From contig OZ244587.1 in NCBI GenBank assembly GCA_965218095.1, positions 2,848,001 to 2,912,000 on the forward strand: 64,000 nt of DNA. Direction: 5' to 3'. The notes under the pieces were generated by a model that did no database searches, was not told the origin of the DNA, and worked only from the letters and a program-made list of their open reading frames with translations. How positions within the stretch are numbered: position 1 is the stretch's first letter; each line of letters starts with the position of its first letter. The stretch is from Candidatus Poribacteria bacterium (lineage in GTDB: Bacteria; Poribacteria; WGA-4E; PCPOR2b). Below, piece by piece: positions 60,605 through 64,000 of this stretch. Both the position numbers and the translations under genes were made by a program.

Positions 60605-62971
60605 TTAAAACAGCATCTGATCCAAAATCGACAGCGCCGCTGCCTTATCCGGCTGTGTCCGACCGGTCATCAGCGTATGAGTAGGACGGACGCAAGATGG
60701 GCACCCTTCCTCACAATCACATTCAGAAATCAACTTGAAGGCGTGTAGCATGAGCTCGTCAAGCAGGTCATAGCCGCGATCGGCATAGCCTAAGCCGCCG
60801 GGGTGGGCATCATAGAGGAAAATTGCCTGTTCGCCCAGATCTGTGGACTGCACTTTGCCACGGATGCTCTGCGCCTCCGCCATTGCCCGCAGCGGCAGAA
60901 TAGACTCAAGCACATTTTTGATTCCCTCTAGCCCATCGTCATAGTTTAGACCTCGCCGCTGCTGAATCGCATCAACCACGCTGGGGGGTGGCGTCAACCA
61001 GAAGGCAACGGTGTCCAACTCCTGTTCAGGCATATCCAGGAGCTGCGTCCCCAAATTTTCTAGCGTATAAAACCGAATGCGAGTGAAGCCAACCATCTTG
61101 CGTATTACACGTGCTGTCCCGATTTGGACAGCGACACTCCGCCAAACCTTCTCCGCTTGTCTTTCCGTAATAGTGATCTCCTCTGAGAACCAGGGTTGGG
61201 TATAGTAATCCACGTTCACTGACTCGACATAGGCAACCTTTTTCTCCATGTCCAACTGTTTCACTAAGTAGGTTTCGGCTTCGTGCATATAGATTGCATC
61301 AGGATAAACCATCGCCAGCCCGTTGACCGCATTCACGCTGCCGATTACACGATTACCAACGATCTCCCGAATCTGGTAGGAACCATCCGTGATTGCCCGC
61401 AAATTGACATTACTCGCCGGATATTTTTCGCTCGCCCAGTAATATCGATCATCAACCCGCACCATTTCACCCACATGACACAACTCATCGAGTACGAGAA
61501 CGGACATCTGACCCGACAGTGCTGTATCCGCTGCTTCTATCGGCGCCTCATGAACTGCACAGCGCAAATGGTCTATAAGGATATGAAGATTATCGGGTGC
61601 AATGACGGCGCTCTCAGGGGATTGATTAAACAGATACTCCGGGTGACGCATCAGGTACTGCTCAATCGGGTCATCGTGAGCGATCAGTACAATCATTGAC
61701 GACTCAGATCTCCGTCCGGCGCGTCCGGCTTGCTGCCACAAACTAGCGATCGTGCCGGGGAAGCCGACCATCAGGCACGCATCTAATCCCCCCACGTCTA
61801 TACCGAGCTCCAATGCGTTGGTCGCCGTTACGCCGAGCAACTTCCCCGAAAACAGCAACGCCTCGATCTCTCGTCGATCTTCGGGAAGATAGCCCCCACG
61901 ATAGGCGCGGACGGCATCGGCATAAGTTGCATCCGTTTCGTGCAAAAGGTCACGGACATACCGATGGATTAGTTCTGCCGTTATACGTGCACGGGTAAAT
62001 GTAATGGTCTGGCATCCCGCAAGAATCAATTGTGTCATCAACGTCTGTGCCTCAATGTTCGCACTGCGACGCGCGCGATTGGTTCGGTCCACGTAAGGGG
62101 GGTTCCATAACACGAAGTATCGCTCACCGCGTGGAGAACCGTCGTCCTGAATGAGCGCTGCCTCCTGGTTGATCAGTTTCTTGGCTAACTCCAGTGGGTT
62201 TGCAATCGTCGCTGAACAGCAGATAAACTGCGGATGCCCACCGTAATAACGGCAGATGCGAAGCAATCGACGTATCACGTTTGCGACATGCGAACCGAAG
62301 ACACCGCGATAGGTGTGCATCTCGTCGATCACGATAAAACGAAGATTGGCGAAAAATCGGCTCCAACGCGGGTGATGGGGGAGGATAGCAATGTTCAACA
62401 TATCCGGATTGGTGACCAGCAGGTTGACTTCTTCTCGGATCTGGCGGCGTTGGTATTGCGGAGTGTCGCCATCATAGGCATGAAGGCGCAGGATACCTTG
62501 CAGGGCGGGGTGTCCCTCCGCAAGGTTTACAACGGCGCGGATCTGATCTTGGGCGAGGGCTTTCGTGGGGAAAATGTACAACGCACAGGTGGAGGGGCGT
62601 TCCAAGAGCGATTCCAAAACCGGAAGGTTGTAGCAGAGGGTCTTTCCGCTGGCTGTCCCCGTTTCGATGACAATGTTTTTCCCTGCCTGAATCCACTTGA
62701 TTGCTTTGACCTGATGCGTGTAAAGTCGATTCACGCCTATCCGTTCAAGCGCAAATCGCAGTGGAAACGGCAGCGATTCAGACAGATCTGCATACTGCGC
62801 CTCACGCTTCTCAATATTCTGAACGTGGACGATTTGATCTTGATATGTGGGTGAATTACGAATTGATTTAAGAAAGGCTAAGACATCTATAATGTTTGAC
62901 CCACCTTCGGGTTGATGCGTGAAACATAAAACGTGATTTGCTGATTCGAGGATTCGTCGAAACATCGACAT
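60605..62971 (-). CDS. DEAD/DEAH-box helicase with C-terminal DUF1998 (MrfA/YprA/Hrq1-like)
   Basis: GTASGKT, DEMH, SAT, ALELGIDVG, QQAGRAGR, CDCEEGCPSC. Confidence 0.93.
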   Translation of the reverse strand: MSMFRRILESANHVLCFTHQPEGGSNIIDVLAFLKSIRNSPTYQDQIVHVQNIEKREAQYADLSESLPFPLRFALERIGVNRLYTHQVKAIKWIQAGKNIVIETGTASGKTLCYNLPVLESLLERPSTCALYIFPTKALAQDQIRAVVNLAEGHPALQGILRLHAYDGDTPQYQRRQIREEVNLLVTNPDMLNIAILPHHPRWSRFFANLRFIVIDEMHTYRGVFGSHVANVIRRLLRICRYYGGHPQFICCSATIANPLELAKKLINQEAALIQDDGSPRGERYFVLWNPPYVDRTNRARRSANIEAQTLMTQLILAGCQTITFTRARITAELIHRYVRDLLHETDATYADAVRAYRGGYLPEDRREIEALLFSGKLLGVTATNALELGIDVGGLDACLMVGFPGTIASLWQQAGRAGRRSESSMIVLIAHDDPIEQYLMRHPEYLFNQSPESAVIAPDNLHILIDHLRCAVHEAPIEAADTALSGQMSVLVLDELCHVGEMVRVDDRYYWASEKYPASNVNLRAITDGSYQIREIVGNRVIGSVNAVNGLAMVYPDAIYMHEAETYLVKQLDMEKKVAYVESVNVDYYTQPWFSEEITITERQAEKVWRSVAVQIGTARVIRKMVGFTRIRFYTLENLGTQLLDMPEQELDTVAFWLTPPPSVVDAIQQRRGLNYDDGLEGIKNVLESILPLRAMAEAQSIRGKVQSTDLGEQAIFLYDAHPGGLGYADRGYDLLDELMLHAFKLISECDCEEGCPSCVRPTHTLMTGRTQPDKAAALSILDQMLF

Positions 62972-63181
62972 TCAACTTCGTATCTAGCTTAATGAACAGG
63001 GGGTGCCCAAAAAATGAACGATGTGGAAGCATCAACTCAGCAGAAATGGCTAGGAATTCGCCCATAGACGCGGTTTCCAGCTTTAATCGCCTTTGGCACA
63101 AAAGTTGCCCTGTGCATGCTTGCCGAAAATTGTACAATAACCGTGCAGTATCATACAAGGTAATTATAGGAGATACACCTC

Positions 63182-64000
63182 ATGAGAAATCACTTTCAGT
63201 TTTTGTGGATGTACTTGAGTATTTTGTCAGCCACTATAAATACCGTTTATTCCGAAGAGCCCGCCCCAAACGAATCCCCAATTCAGTTAGAGGAGATCGC
63301 CGTAACGGCAACCCGCCTTGAGAAGGAGACCTTCCGAACTCCCAACACCATCTCGGTTGTTCAACGACCGCAGATCGAACGGGTTAACGCCGACATCACA
63401 CCGAGAATTTTGCGCGAAACCGTCGGTGTGTGGGCGCAACAGACAACGGTCGGACAAGGCTCTCCCTTGCTGCGAGGACTCACTGGATACCAAGCCTTTA
63501 TTCAAGTTGATGGCGTTCGCCTCAACAACTCCACCTTCAGATCCGGTCCCAATCAGTACCTCTCGACAATCTCTTCAGATAACTTAGATCGGATCGAGGT
63601 GCTGCGAGGACCGGGGTCTATGTTGTACGGTAGCGGCGCAATGGGCGGTGTGATTAGCCTTTTCACGAAAGATCCAACGCTTGACGGTACGAGTGAGAGT
63701 TGGAATTTTCAATCTCGCCTATTTGGTCGCTATGCCAGTGCCACACAGGAGCGGCTCGGACGACTTGAACTCACAGGCACCCACAACCGACTCGGCTTCG
63801 CGGTAGGTGCTTCTGCCCGAAGGTTTGGCGATTTAGATGCTGGTAGCGGCTACGACCTCCACTACAAGAACCGCAAGTTTGAAATCGTCACCACTCGCCC
63901 GGCGGGCGTCGAACTCTTTGAAGATCCGCCGCGGGATGTCCCAGAAAAGTGGTTAATCGATACGCAAGCTCCGCTCGGGTGGAAGGCCTACGATGGAGAT
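63182..64000 (+). CDS. TonB-dependent receptor, 3'-truncated by the window edge
   Basis: Not in the ORF track (no stop). Signal peptide, EEIAVTATR, LRGL, VDGVRLNN, DRIEVLRGPGSMLYGSGAMGGVI. Confidence 0.93.
   Translation, partial: MRNHFQFLWMYLSILSATINTVYSEEPAPNESPIQLEEIAVTATRLEKETFRTPNTISVVQRPQIERVNADITPRILRETVGVWAQQTTVGQGSPLLRGLTGYQAFIQVDGVRLNNSTFRSGPNQYLSTISSDNLDRIEVLRGPGSMLYGSGAMGGVISLFTKDPTLDGTSESWNFQSRLFGRYASATQERLGRLELTGTHNRLGFAVGASARRFGDLDAGSGYDLHYKNRKFEIVTTRPAGVELFEDPPRDVPEKWLIDTQAPLGWKAYDGD

Noticed and set aside
60605-62971. DISARM/Druantia defence system suggested by the DUF1998 helicase
   Set aside because: No partner genes nearby; it fits the stand-alone MrfA/YprA repair helicase.

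Overview
This 64 kb window is bacterial chromosome, most likely from Candidatus Poribacteria. That assignment is inferred from four LamG-like genes ending in V(E/D/H)PxxKLxTTWGxVK and from expanded PhyH, BNR/sialidase-like and FGE-sulfatase families. Positions ~1.8-47 kb are accessory and eroding: IS5, IS982-like and IS1595 elements, MITEs, REP-like palindromes, PhyH-BNR-LamG modules, a multiheme cytochrome-TPR gene, a type ISP/IIG-like R-M gene, and many genes broken by single stops, frameshifts or internal deletions. Positions ~49-64 kb are mostly housekeeping (ctpA, dapB, cmk, tyrA, UbiD family, DUF1998 helicase, TonB receptor). The strongest novel signal is at 11.0-15.1 kb. It is an array of at least seven palindromic 28-29 bp sites (consensus ATRTCCGATAA-N6-TTATCGGAYAT, Xer/dif-like 11-6-11 geometry) that separate short co-oriented genes like cassettes, with no integrase in the window. 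One segment holds a CopG-like gene plus a counter-transcript. Also notable: a Trx7/PDZ remnant with TGA-x-x-TGA-x-x-TGC (UxxUxxC) and a SECIS-like hairpin; a MITE-bounded composite element; an IS5 whose frameshift has been fixed in frame; and a cargo-carrying IS1595 with an 8-bp TSD. No tRNA, rRNA or CRISPR array was seen. All family calls come from motif recognition, not database searches.
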